From Flavobacteriaceae bacterium (lineage in GTDB: Bacteria; Bacteroidota; Bacteroidia; Flavobacteriales; Flavobacteriaceae), in contig DAOUPU010000001.1 of the NCBI GenBank assembly GCA_030625995.1, positions 1 through 42,368 on the forward strand: DNA of 42,368 nt. Direction: 5' to 3'. Below are positions 10,222 through 19,793 of the stretch, one piece after another (within the stretch, counting starts at the first letter, position 1; the number at the start of each line of letters is the position of its first letter). The notes beneath the pieces are model-generated. The model was given only the letters and a program-made list of their open reading frames with translations, did no database searches and was not told the DNA's origin. The position numbers were made by a program, and so were the translations under genes.

Positions 10222-10572
10222 TTATTCATTATGCATAAAGCGTTTTTTAGCGAGCAATTCATCATCTGTCTCCACAAATTCATCATCCGGTATACAACAA
10301 TCGACAGGGCAAACGGCAGCACATTGAGGTTCATCATGAAAACCTTTGCATTCGGTGCACTTATCAGGGACAATAAAATATACTTCATCATTAAGCGGCT
10401 CTTGATCAGCATTTGCGTCATATTTGAACCCATTTGAGAAGAGAACCTCTCCTTCCAGTTCAGTGCCATCAGAAAATTTCCAATCTTCCGCGGCCTCATA
10501 AATGGCAGTATTAGGACATTCCGGCTCACATGCTCCACAATTAATACATTCAGCAGTAATAATAATTGCCAT
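10222..10572 (-). CDS. 2[4Fe-4S] dicluster ferredoxin (YfhL/Alvin-type)
   Basis: [12 protein letters not shown] and [21 protein letters not shown] motifs. Start trimmed to MAIII at 10572. Confidence 0.92.
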   Translation of the reverse strand: MAIIITAECINCGACEPECPNTAIYEAAEDWKFSDGTELEGEVLFSNGFKYDANADQEPLNDEVYFIVPDKCTECKGFHDEPQCAAVCPVDCCIPDDEFVETDDELLAKKRFMHNE

Positions 10573-10584
10573 GTTATTTTTCTT

Positions 10585-10604
10585 TAAATTTGCCAGCAAA
10601 TATA
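10585..10604. promoter_or_regulatory. symmetric bidirectional promoter: two interlocked -7 boxes
   Basis: TAAATTTG on + (10585-10592) and TATATTTG on - (10604-10597), both followed by C and separated by CCAG, in the 60-nt gap between divergent genes. Confidence 0.65.
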
Positions 10605-10632
10605 ATATATCAATTTAATATTTATAAAATAA

Positions 10633-11691
10633 ATGTTGCTTAAAGACAGAATAAGAGCTTTTGTAAAACTAGGAGATTTTTTGGGCCAATTTACACCTGG
10701 AAAGATTGTAAAGAACGATAGTGTTTTACATAATGATCTATTTTTTGATGCATTTAAAACACAGATCAAAAGAGCACAAGAATTTAATGGCTGGTTTACC
10801 GAAGATAATATTTTATATGCATTTAGTAATTGGAGTAAATTATTAAATTACAATGATTTAAAAAAATGGACTTCATTTTATGAATTAGAAAACAATCCTG
10901 CAAATAAAGTTGCAATTATCATGGCCGGTAATATTCCGTTAGTAGGATTTCACGACTTTCTATCCGTTTTGATATCAGGTAATAAGGTAATTGTGAAACA
11001 ATCATCCAATGACAGGCATTTTTTACCTTTAATTGCAAAATATCTTGAAAAAACAGAACCTGATTTTAAGGAAAAAATAGAATTTACCGATAAAAAATTA
11101 GAAAAATTTAATGCTGTTATTGCTACAGGGAGTAATAATACGGCAAGGTATTTTGAATATTATTTTGGAAAACACCCGAATATAATTCGGAAAAACAGAA
11201 ACTCTATCGCTGTGATTACGGGAGAAGAGAGTCAAATTGATTTAAAAAATCTAGGTGAAGATATATTTAGATATTTTGGTTTGGGCTGTAGAAGTGTTGC
11301 AAAGATATTTGTTCCAAGAGGGTATAACTTTGATCTGCTTTTTCAGGCAATTTACCCATATAAAAATATCATTGAATATAAAAAATATGAAAATAATTAC
11401 GATTATAACAAGGCGGTCTATCTTATGAGTCATTTTAAAATTATTGAAAATGGATTTATAATGTTAAAAGAAGATGCGAGTTATGCATCGCCAATAGCCT
11501 CTTTGTTTTATGAATATTATGAGGATCTTGACAAATTAAAAATGAAATTGGAACAGGATAAAGAATCCATTCAATGTATAGTGGGTAAATCGGGAATTGA
11601 AAATATGGTTAAATTTGGCGAAACACAAAAACCACAACTTACTGATTATGCTGATGGTGTTGATACCCTTGAATTTCTACAAAAACTTTAG
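10633..11691 (+). CDS. acyl-CoA reductase (LuxC family)
   Basis: NGWFT, IMAGNIPLVGFHD, ATGSNNTARYF and FRYFGLGCRS (catalytic Cys) motifs. Confidence 0.88.
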   Translation: MLLKDRIRAFVKLGDFLGQFTPGKIVKNDSVLHNDLFFDAFKTQIKRAQEFNGWFTEDNILYAFSNWSKLLNYNDLKKWTSFYELENNPANKVAIIMAGNIPLVGFHDFLSVLISGNKVIVKQSSNDRHFLPLIAKYLEKTEPDFKEKIEFTDKKLEKFNAVIATGSNNTARYFEYYFGKHPNIIRKNRNSIAVITGEESQIDLKNLGEDIFRYFGLGCRSVAKIFVPRGYNFDLLFQAIYPYKNIIEYKKYENNYDYNKAVYLMSHFKIIENGFIMLKEDASYASPIASLFYEYYEDLDKLKMKLEQDKESIQCIVGKSGIENMVKFGETQKPQLTDYADGVDTLEFLQKL

Positions 11692-11871
11692 ATATTGTAA
11701 TTAATATAAGTCAGATCATCTCAAATCCGACATCACTCCGAGTTCCAGGTAGCTTTTCATTGGAATCTAGGGTCAAGATAAGTTAACAATAAGAATCGCA
11801 ATGATTTATAATAATCCCAAAAGAAACAATTTTTTACAATACTATTCTCCAAAAAAAGTAAATCTCAGTAA

Positions 11872-12567
11872 TTAGTCAAAATCTGTATCGATTTTAATAT
11901 AATCCAAAAACTCTCTTTTTACAGCTTCTTCTTTGAACTTCCCACCAAACTCTGAAGTTACTGTGCTACTAGCTATATCGCTTATTCCTCTTGAATTGAC
12001 GCAAAGATGTTTAGCGTCAATTACACAAGCAATATCTTGAGTTCCCAATGCCTCTTGTAGGGCTTGAACCACTTGCATTGTTAATCGTTCCTGTACCTGA
12101 GGTCTTTTGGCGTAATAATCGACTATTCGATTCATTTTGGACAAACCAATAACCTTACCATTTGAAATATAAGCTACATGAGCTTTTCCTACGATTGGCA
12201 ATAAATGATGTTCGCATGTTGAATAAACAGTTATATTCTTTTCAACGAGCATTTCGCCATAATTATAGTTGTTATCAAACGTAGATAATTTTGGCTTCCT
12301 TTTTGGATCCAAACCTCCAAATATCTCTTTGACAAACATCTTAGCAACCCTATGAGGAGTCCCCTTAAGACTATCATCCGTTAGGTCCATACCAAGAGTA
12401 TTCAAAATATTTGAAACATCATTTTGTATTGATTTTATTTTTTCTTTGTCACTCATCTCAAAAGCATTATCTCTAATCGGTGTTTCTGCCGAATTGGTAA
12501 TGTGATCATTTCCTATTTCTTCTAACATCTCTTTGACTTTACCGCTGTTTCCTTCAAACATAATCAT
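11872..12567 (-). CDS. folE: GTP cyclohydrolase I
   Basis: TPHRVAKM, STCEHHLLP, GLSK, RPQVQERLT and HLCVNSRG motifs. A -7 box TATTTTTG lies at 12582-12589. Confidence 0.96.
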   Translation of the reverse strand: MIMFEGNSGKVKEMLEEIGNDHITNSAETPIRDNAFEMSDKEKIKSIQNDVSNILNTLGMDLTDDSLKGTPHRVAKMFVKEIFGGLDPKRKPKLSTFDNNYNYGEMLVEKNITVYSTCEHHLLPIVGKAHVAYISNGKVIGLSKMNRIVDYYAKRPQVQERLTMQVVQALQEALGTQDIACVIDAKHLCVNSRGISDIASSTVTSEFGGKFKEEAVKREFLDYIKIDTDFD

Positions 12568-12615
12568 ATTATTTTAATCCACAAAAATACAATATTGATA
12601 CGAATTAATTACATT

Positions 12616-13980
12616 TTATACTGTTATTAGTAGAATTATTTCTTCTAAATTACAAGTAAGTTGCTCTCCTGTAGACATGTTCTTTAAAGTATACTTGCCT
12701 TCTTTTAATTCTTTCTCACCAACTAAAGCAACAAATGGAATTTCCCTTTTATTAGCATAATTCATTTGCTTTTTTAATTTTACACTATCCGGATAAAACT
12801 CAGCTTTAACACCAATTGCTCTTATTTTTTTAATTGCTCTCATGCAATGGAACAATTCAGCTTCTCCAAAATTGAGAAATAAAATTTGAGGATTGGAAAT
12901 TTCTGCTTTAGTGAATAAATTAAGTTCTTCTAAAACCAAATAAATTCTGTCTAAGCCAAATGAAATTCCAATTCCACTAATATTTTTCATTCCAAACTGA
13001 CTCGTGAGATCATCATATCTACCACCACCTCCAATAGATCCGATTTCAACATTATTCGCCTCTACCTCAAAAATAGCGCCTGTATAATAATTTAATCCTC
13101 TGGCCAGGGTTATATCCAACTCCAATATTGCACCTTTCAGTCCTAATTTTTCAATATATTTAATTACAAATTTTATTTCTTCAATACCTTTCAGCCCTTC
13201 TTCAGATCTATCCAGTAATTGAGTTAACAAATCTATCTTTTCCCAATTATTTCCTTTAAAATTGAATAATGGTTTTATTTTTTCAATTGCCTTTTCAGAA
13301 ATGTTCTTTGATAACATTTCCTTTTTTACCCCTTCTACTCCAATTTTATCTAATTTATCCAGGGCTATCGTAAAATCAGTTATCCTCTCTTTCTCTCCAA
13401 TTATTTCAGCCAAACCTGACAAAATCTTACGATTGTTTATTTTTATCACAGTGTCGACCAAACCCAATTTTTTAAAAACTTCATCGTACATTTGAATAAA
13501 TTCAACTTCCTGCCATAAGCTTTTACTACCAACAACATCTGCATCGCACTGATAAAATTCTCTGAACCTTCCCTTTTGAGGCCTATCTGCTCTCCATACC
13601 GGCTGAATTTGATACCTCTTAAATGGAAATACTATTTCATTCTGGTGTTGTACAACATAACGAGCAAAAGGAACCGTTAGATCATAGCGAAGAGCTTTTT
13701 CAGAGATACTAGAAGTAGTCTTAACAGAATTTTTCTCAATTAATAAAGCAGGATCCACTTTTTTGAGATAATCGCCCGAATTCAGAATTTTAAATATTAA
13801 TCTATCCCCTTCTTCACCATATTTACCCATTAAAGTAGATGAATTTTCAAAAGATGGCGTTTCAATTGGTTGAAAACCATAATTTTCAAATACCTCTTTT
13901 ATAATATTAAAAATATAATTGCGACGTGCAATTTCAACGGATGAAAAATCTCGGGTTCCCTTAGGAATACTTGGTTTCAT
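12616..13980 (-). CDS. hisS: histidine--tRNA ligase
   Basis: [46 protein letters not shown] and GGGRYD motifs. Confidence 0.97.
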   Translation of the reverse strand: MKPSIPKGTRDFSSVEIARRNYIFNIIKEVFENYGFQPIETPSFENSSTLMGKYGEEGDRLIFKILNSGDYLKKVDPALLIEKNSVKTTSSISEKALRYDLTVPFARYVVQHQNEIVFPFKRYQIQPVWRADRPQKGRFREFYQCDADVVGSKSLWQEVEFIQMYDEVFKKLGLVDTVIKINNRKILSGLAEIIGEKERITDFTIALDKLDKIGVEGVKKEMLSKNISEKAIEKIKPLFNFKGNNWEKIDLLTQLLDRSEEGLKGIEEIKFVIKYIEKLGLKGAILELDITLARGLNYYTGAIFEVEANNVEIGSIGGGGRYDDLTSQFGMKNISGIGISFGLDRIYLVLEELNLFTKAEISNPQILFLNFGEAELFHCMRAIKKIRAIGVKAEFYPDSVKLKKQMNYANKREIPFVALVGEKELKEGKYTLKNMSTGEQLTCNLEEIILLITV

Positions 13981-14139
13981 TTGCTTCTATTAAGTTTGCT
14001 AATATCCGAAAAAATATGATTTCTAAGATGATCTTTTGACAATTCATTTATGAAAGCTAACATTCTATATTAAAAACCATTAAATAATTTTATTTTTTAT
14101 TAATTGATTATATTGCATGTCCCTATTCTAGCTGTAAAT

Positions 14140-15552
14140 ATGAAAAAATTTACGATTCTTTTTTTATTGATTTCAACTTTAAGTTTTTCGCAAAAAATTA
14201 ATGGGATAAAATTTGATGGTAAGACCATTAATATTGAAACCTTATTACAAAAATATATTCAAATACCCTCTGTTAGTGAAAATGAAAAAGAGGCTGGCGA
14301 TTTTTTTAAAGCTGTTTGTAAAGAAAATGGTTTATATATTACCAATTTTGGATCTGAAAATGGAAATTATAATTTTGCTGCTTCTATATTTCCTTTATCT
14401 ACAAAAAAACCAAATATAATTTTTCTTAACCATCTTGATGTTGTACCTGAAAAGAATACTTCTGAGTTCAAAGCCTATTCAGGTAAAATTATTGATAACG
14501 AAATTTATGGCCGTGGTGCAATTGACAATAAAGGAAACGCCATAATGCACCTTTATGGCGTTTTAAAGTTTCTGGAAACTTTAAATTTAGAAAATGCCAA
14601 ATATAATGTAACTATACTCTCAGTCTCTTGCGAAGAAACTCAATGTGATGGAGGAGCAGCATACGTTGTGGATAATTACTTGGATGTATTAAATCCGGCA
14701 ACGGTCATTGGAGAAGGTCTTGGAGAAATTTCAATGTTAATGGGTAAGACTTTCAAGAATTTGATATTCGGAATTTCTGTGGTACATAAGAGAACATTTT
14801 GGTTGGATCTGGAATTAGAAATTAAAACCAGTGGTCATGGCTCTGTTACTCCATTGGAATACGCAAATAAGGAAATGGTGAGTGCACTCAACAATCTATT
14901 GAAGAAGAAAAACAGGATCATATTCAATGATCTGAATGTCAGTTTTATGAAAGGAATAGGGAAGCACGAAAAAGGTTTAGTGAAAGCAGTTTTAAAGCAC
15001 CCAAAATATTTTAGAGCTGCATTAACTCCTAGAATAAAAAAACAACCGGAAATATTCGCCTTATTTTCTAATACAGTTACCCTAACCAATATTTATACGG
15101 ACAATAAGAGCTTTAACAAAATTCCTTCGAAGATTGGTGCTTATTTAGATTGCAGATTGCTGCCAGCAACCAATGAGTACGAGTTTTTAGTTGAGATTAA
15201 AAAGCGATTGAAAAATGATAATATCAAGGTCAAAGTTGTTGAAATAGCACCAAGTTCAGAACCCTCTCCTACAGATAATTTATTTTATACCCATTTAGAA
15301 AAAGCCATTATGGAGAAATATGAGAATGCAGAAGTAATACCAATATTATTACCAAATATCAATGATCTAGGCATTTTTAGATCAAAAGGAATCCCATGTT
15401 ATGCCAGTGTACCTATCAAGCTGAGTAGAGAACAAGCAGAAAGTGTACATAACAAAAATGAGCACATATCAATTCCTTTGCTCTATGATGGCGCTGATGT
15501 TTATACCAAATTTTTAGCCAATATGGAAGATGCGGTATCAGAAACTGAGTAA
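14140..15552 (+). CDS. M20/M25/M40 family metallo-hydrolase, exported
   Basis: Signal peptide MKKFTILFLLISTLSFSQ; HLDVV, GRGAIDNKG, CEE, GHGS and C-terminal H (VHNKNE) metal-ligand motifs. Start trimmed to ATG 14140. Confidence 0.88.
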   Translation: MKKFTILFLLISTLSFSQKINGIKFDGKTINIETLLQKYIQIPSVSENEKEAGDFFKAVCKENGLYITNFGSENGNYNFAASIFPLSTKKPNIIFLNHLDVVPEKNTSEFKAYSGKIIDNEIYGRGAIDNKGNAIMHLYGVLKFLETLNLENAKYNVTILSVSCEETQCDGGAAYVVDNYLDVLNPATVIGEGLGEISMLMGKTFKNLIFGISVVHKRTFWLDLELEIKTSGHGSVTPLEYANKEMVSALNNLLKKKNRIIFNDLNVSFMKGIGKHEKGLVKAVLKHPKYFRAALTPRIKKQPEIFALFSNTVTLTNIYTDNKSFNKIPSKIGAYLDCRLLPATNEYEFLVEIKKRLKNDNIKVKVVEIAPSSEPSPTDNLFYTHLEKAIMEKYENAEVIPILLPNINDLGIFRSKGIPCYASVPIKLSREQAESVHNKNEHISIPLLYDGADVYTKFLANMEDAVSETE

Positions 15553-15574
15553 AATGTGTTATGATATTGAATGT

Positions 15575-17134
15575 TTATTTTGCAATATTAACCACCCTGG
15601 TTTCCCTGATAACCGTTACCCGAACCTGACCGGGATAGGTCATGTCGTTTTGAATTTTTTGAGTAATGTTAAACGACAGCTCCGCTGCTTTTGTGTCGTC
15701 AACTTTATCACTTTCAACAATCACCCTTAATTCCCTTCCAGCTTGAATAGCATATGCCTTTTGTACGCCATTAAAGCCAAAAGCAACATCCTCCAATTCC
15801 TTTAAACGCTGTATATAAGAATCCATTACTTGACGTCTCGCTCCGGGACGAGCTCCTGAAATAGCATCGCACACTTGAACAATTGGTGCATATAAGGATG
15901 TCATTTCAATCTCATCATGATGCGCACCAACTGCGTTACAAACATCGCTTTTTTCACTAAATTTCTCCAACCATTGCATACCTAGTATGGCATGCGGCAG
16001 TTCCGTATCTGTATCGGGTACTTTACCAATATCATGAAGTAATCCAGCGCGTTTAGCTATTTTAGGATTTAAGCCGAGCTCTGCTGCCATAATAGAGCAT
16101 AAATTCGCTACCTCTCTTGAATGCTGTAACAAATTTTGACCATATGATGATCTGTATTTCATTCTCCCAACAGTTTTTATCAACTCAGGGTGTAAGCCAT
16201 GTATTCCCAGATCAATTACTGCTCTTTTTCCTACCTCTATGATCTCCTGATTAATTTCTTTGGTTGTTTTAGCTACAATTTCTTCAATCCTTGCGGGATG
16301 TATTCTACCGTCAGTAACCAATTTATGTAATGATAATCGAGCTATTTCACGACGTACCGGATCAAAACAAGATAAAATAATTGCTTCCGGTGTGTCATCA
16401 ACAATTATTTCAACTCCTGTCGTGGATTCCAAGGCTCTAATATTTCTACCTTCCCTACCAATAATTCTCCCTTTTACATCATCGTTTTCCAGATTAAAAA
16501 CAGAAACACAATTATCAACAGTTTGCTCAACTCCTATACGTTGAATCGTATTTAATATGATTTTTTTTGCTTCTTGTTGAGCAGTTAGTTTAGCATCTTC
16601 CAGAGAACTTTGTACAAACGCCATAGCATCGCTCTTGGCTTCCTCTTTTAAGGATTTTACCAGCTCTTCTTTTGCATCATTTGCCGAAAAACCTGAAATA
16701 GCTTCTAATTGAACTACCTGGTTCTTATGTAACCGATCAACCTCCTTTTGCTTTTTATCCAGATGATTTAACCTATAATTATAGTCCCTTTCTTTATCCT
16801 CTAAACCCTTATTGATCTTTTTATTCTTATCCAGCTCCTGACTAACTCGAGATTCTTTTTCACGAATTCTTTTTTCTGATTCAATTACTTTTTTATCGCG
16901 TGAAAAAATTACTTTTTCATGCTCTGATTTTAATTCAATAAATTTTTCTTTGGCCTGTAATATTTTATCTTTTTTAATTCCTTCGGCTTCAATATTTGCT
17001 TCCTTTAGGACTGTTGAAGCTTGTTTTTTAACATTTTTCAATGTCGAAGAAGCTTTCTTCTTTTCTAAAACTTTGGCCATTAAAAATCCAATAACTAAAG
17101 CAATGATTCCTATTGATATTGTTGTTGCATCCAT
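15575..17134 (-). CDS. rny: ribonuclease Y
   Basis: N-terminal TM helix, coiled coil, KH domain ([13 protein letters not shown]) and HD domain (LLHDIGK). Confidence 0.97.
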   Translation of the reverse strand: MDATTISIGIIALVIGFLMAKVLEKKKASSTLKNVKKQASTVLKEANIEAEGIKKDKILQAKEKFIELKSEHEKVIFSRDKKVIESEKRIREKESRVSQELDKNKKINKGLEDKERDYNYRLNHLDKKQKEVDRLHKNQVVQLEAISGFSANDAKEELVKSLKEEAKSDAMAFVQSSLEDAKLTAQQEAKKIILNTIQRIGVEQTVDNCVSVFNLENDDVKGRIIGREGRNIRALESTTGVEIIVDDTPEAIILSCFDPVRREIARLSLHKLVTDGRIHPARIEEIVAKTTKEINQEIIEVGKRAVIDLGIHGLHPELIKTVGRMKYRSSYGQNLLQHSREVANLCSIMAAELGLNPKIAKRAGLLHDIGKVPDTDTELPHAILGMQWLEKFSEKSDVCNAVGAHHDEIEMTSLYAPIVQVCDAISGARPGARRQVMDSYIQRLKELEDVAFGFNGVQKAYAIQAGRELRVIVESDKVDDTKAAELSFNITQKIQNDMTYPGQVRVTVIRETRVVNIAK

Positions 17135-17146
17135 ATTTATATATAT

Positions 17147-17311
17147 AAAAAGCCTACATCGGTTATGGTTTTGTAAACTCCCTGAAACAGGTTTAGGACT
17201 ACATTATTGATCAAGTATCCCAGGTTTATATAGGCTCGCTTTTACAATAATAACTCATCCTTTTTAAATCAATAGTGTTGAGTTTATTAAACAAATAACT
17301 AATGTAGGCAG
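17147..17311 (-). ncRNA. ssrS: 6S RNA (6S-Flavo-like)
   Basis: About 165-nt rod-like hairpin: GCCTACAT/ATGTAGGC closing stem, nested GTTAT/ATAAC, TAAACTC/GAGTTTA and TATTGAT/ATCAATA pairs, and a 3' U-tract. It lies directly downstream of zapA, the established 6S position. Confidence 0.8.
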
Positions 17312-17335
17312 TAATTGTTTTATTTTTAAGAACTT

Positions 17336-17626
17336 TTATATTTGAGAATCTAATACTTTATTAATTTCTCTTAATTTATTTTCAACTTTTTCGGCATCCG
17401 ACTCATTATAAATATTTTGTACCTCATGCTGTGATGCAAAATGAAGTGCGCACATTGCTAAAACATCCTGTTTATCTCTAACCGCATAATTTTCCTCAAA
17501 TTTTTTTATCAGCTTGTTAATTTTATCAACTGCTGTTCTAATACCTTCTTCTTCATCTTCCCCTTTTATCGTCAATGGATAAACTCTATTCCCGATGGTT
17601 ATTTTGATTCTAATTTTTTCGTTCAT
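17336..17626 (-). CDS. zapA: cell division protein ZapA
   Basis: I-x-IGNRVYPL, EEEGIR and YAVRDKQDVLAMCAL motifs; upstream of 6S and rny. Confidence 0.92.
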   Translation of the reverse strand: MNEKIRIKITIGNRVYPLTIKGEDEEEGIRTAVDKINKLIKKFEENYAVRDKQDVLAMCALHFASQHEVQNIYNESDAEKVENKLREINKVLDSQI

Positions 17627-17633
17627 TCTCTAT

Positions 17634-17927
17634 TTAATTGCTCAAATGAACAATACACTTATCAATTTCACGAATTAACGTATTTATTTTGAGTTTCGCT
17701 AAATGTTTATCTTCTTTGCTGCCTACAATTGCATTTGCAACTTTTAATGATTCATGTTTACTTTCCAGATCACCAATTAATTGATGTTGTTTTAATAATT
17801 CTTCTTCCAATTTTTCTTTTTGTTCGATCAACTGTGCATTTTTAAGTTGTAAATTATTGTATTTATCCAACAATTTATTCAACTTTTTATCCAGTAAATC
17901 TACTAATTGAAATAAGTTATTCATCAA
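17634..17927 (-). CDS. small coiled-coil protein (ZapB-like hypothetical)
   Basis: Heptad-rich 97 aa with C-terminal KLKINTLIREIDKCI; immediately upstream of zapA. A -7 box TAAATTTG lies at 17951-17958. Confidence 0.75.
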   Translation of the reverse strand: MMNNLFQLVDLLDKKLNKLLDKYNNLQLKNAQLIEQKEKLEEELLKQHQLIGDLESKHESLKVANAIVGSKEDKHLAKLKINTLIREIDKCIVHLSN

Positions 17928-18084
17928 TTCAAAGAATCAAACAATTTCAACAAATTTAAGACAGATGAAACAATTAAACAACTATTTTGTGATTTTAAAA
18001 GAATATCGGAGCCATTCTGCTGTAATATAGTGGTTTAAAAATCTATTTTTTTGTGTCATTTCTAATTATTAATTTAGCAAAATT

Positions 18085-19782
18085 ATGCTAAATAAATTCC
18101 TGTTATTTTTACTTTTAATGCCCTTTGGTTTTGTTTTTTCACAAGGCGATTATCCTACTGACTACTTTGTAAATCCATTAGAAATACCATTGGTGTTGTC
18201 TGGTTCTTTCGGAGAATTGCGTTCTAATCATTTTCATTCTGGTTTTGACATTAAAACGCAGGGACAAAGTGGATTAAATGTGATCTCCTCGGCAAATGGG
18301 TATGTCTCAAGAATTAATGTGTCGCATTGGGGATATGGAAAAGCACTATATATAACGCATCCGAATGGTTATACAACTGTATATGGGCATTTAACAAAAT
18401 TTTCTCCTGAGATCGAAGCATATGTAAAGAAAAAACAATATGAAAAAGAATCGTTTCAAGTTAGATTATATCCCAAAGCCGGTGAGCTAGAGGTATCTCA
18501 AGGTGATGTTGTTGCCTTGAGTGGAAATTCAGGAAGTTCTGGCGGTCCGCATTTGCATTATGAAATTAGGGATGTTAAATCGAATATATTAAACCCAATG
18601 CTCTTTGGAATCAATATTCCCGATCATAAAAAACCAACCATACAAACGGCTTTTGCCTATTCAAAAAATGATTCTTCTCAAGTAAACCAATCCAATAAAA
18701 TAGTAAACCTTAATTTAAAAAGGCTTAGTAATGGCGATTTATTATCCAATACCATCTATGCATATGGCGATATTGGAATTGGGATCAACGCTTTTGACAG
18801 AATGGATGGTGCAATAAATAGAAATGGTTTATATGATTTGACAATGCGTGTGAATGGCACAAAAATATTTCAGTTTACTGCCGATAAATTTTCATTTAGT
18901 GAATCGAGATATATCAACACATATATTGATTATGAAAGATTTATTAATTTAAACCAACGAGTTCAAAAATGTTTCATTGAGTTACCTTCAAAAAAACTTA
19001 ACTTATATAAGACAATCGTTAATAAAGGCTTTTTACATGTAGGAGATAGTTTGGATTATAAAGTTGAAATCACAACGAAAGATTTTAGCGGGAATGTAAC
19101 GAATCTTACTATTCCTGTTCAGGGAAAAAAAGACAGCATAGCCTTGTCTGAATCAATAATTAAAACACCCTATTATTTTAAAGCAAATTTGGCTAATAAA
19201 ATTACGGATAGCATTGTAACGGTAACCTTTCCGAAAAATATTTTTTACGAAGATTTTTATTTTAATTATTCTTTCGTCAATGGTGTTGCAAATTTACACA
19301 GTCGCTCAGTTCCCGTTCATAATTATTTCAGAATTTCGTTTGATATCTCTAAATATTCAACTGATGAGATCGATAAAATGTACATTGCAAGAATTAATAA
19401 GCACGGTAAGCTGTATTACGTTGGTTCCCGTCACAAGGATGGCAAAATGTATACTTCTATAAAAAGTTTAGGAAAATACACCTTATCATCTGATTTAGAA
19501 AGACCTAAAGTATATCATTATAATTTTAAAAACAATCAGGCTCTAGGTAAAAAAAGGTATTTGAAAGTGCGTATCTCCGACACAGGTTCCGGTATAAAAT
19601 CTTATAGAGGTGAAATTGATGGCAAATGGGTTTTGATGGAATATGCCCCTAAATTGAGGACACTGAGCTATGATTTTGAAGATAAAAAACTAACTGGCTA
19701 TTATCATACTTTAAAGATAATTGTTACAGATAATGTCAATAATTCAACTACATTTACTACTTCATTTAGCAGAAAGAATTAA
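18085..19782 (+). CDS. M23 family metallopeptidase with long C-terminal extension
   Basis: Signal peptide, FGELRSNHFHSGFD (HxxxD), YGHL and SGNSGSSGGPHLHYEIR (HxH). Confidence 0.92.
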   Translation: MLNKFLLFLLLMPFGFVFSQGDYPTDYFVNPLEIPLVLSGSFGELRSNHFHSGFDIKTQGQSGLNVISSANGYVSRINVSHWGYGKALYITHPNGYTTVYGHLTKFSPEIEAYVKKKQYEKESFQVRLYPKAGELEVSQGDVVALSGNSGSSGGPHLHYEIRDVKSNILNPMLFGINIPDHKKPTIQTAFAYSKNDSSQVNQSNKIVNLNLKRLSNGDLLSNTIYAYGDIGIGINAFDRMDGAINRNGLYDLTMRVNGTKIFQFTADKFSFSESRYINTYIDYERFINLNQRVQKCFIELPSKKLNLYKTIVNKGFLHVGDSLDYKVEITTKDFSGNVTNLTIPVQGKKDSIALSESIIKTPYYFKANLANKITDSIVTVTFPKNIFYEDFYFNYSFVNGVANLHSRSVPVHNYFRISFDISKYSTDEIDKMYIARINKHGKLYYVGSRHKDGKMYTSIKSLGKYTLSSDLERPKVYHYNFKNNQALGKKRYLKVRISDTGSGIKSYRGEIDGKWVLMEYAPKLRTLSYDFEDKKLTGYYHTLKIIVTDNVNNSTTFTTSFSRKN

Positions 19783-19793
19783 AAAACATATCG

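Noticed and set aside
17147-17311. Riboswitch or plain terminator interpretation of the zapA-rny spacer
   Set aside because: The end-to-end rod with internal bubbles and the position after zapA fit 6S RNA better.
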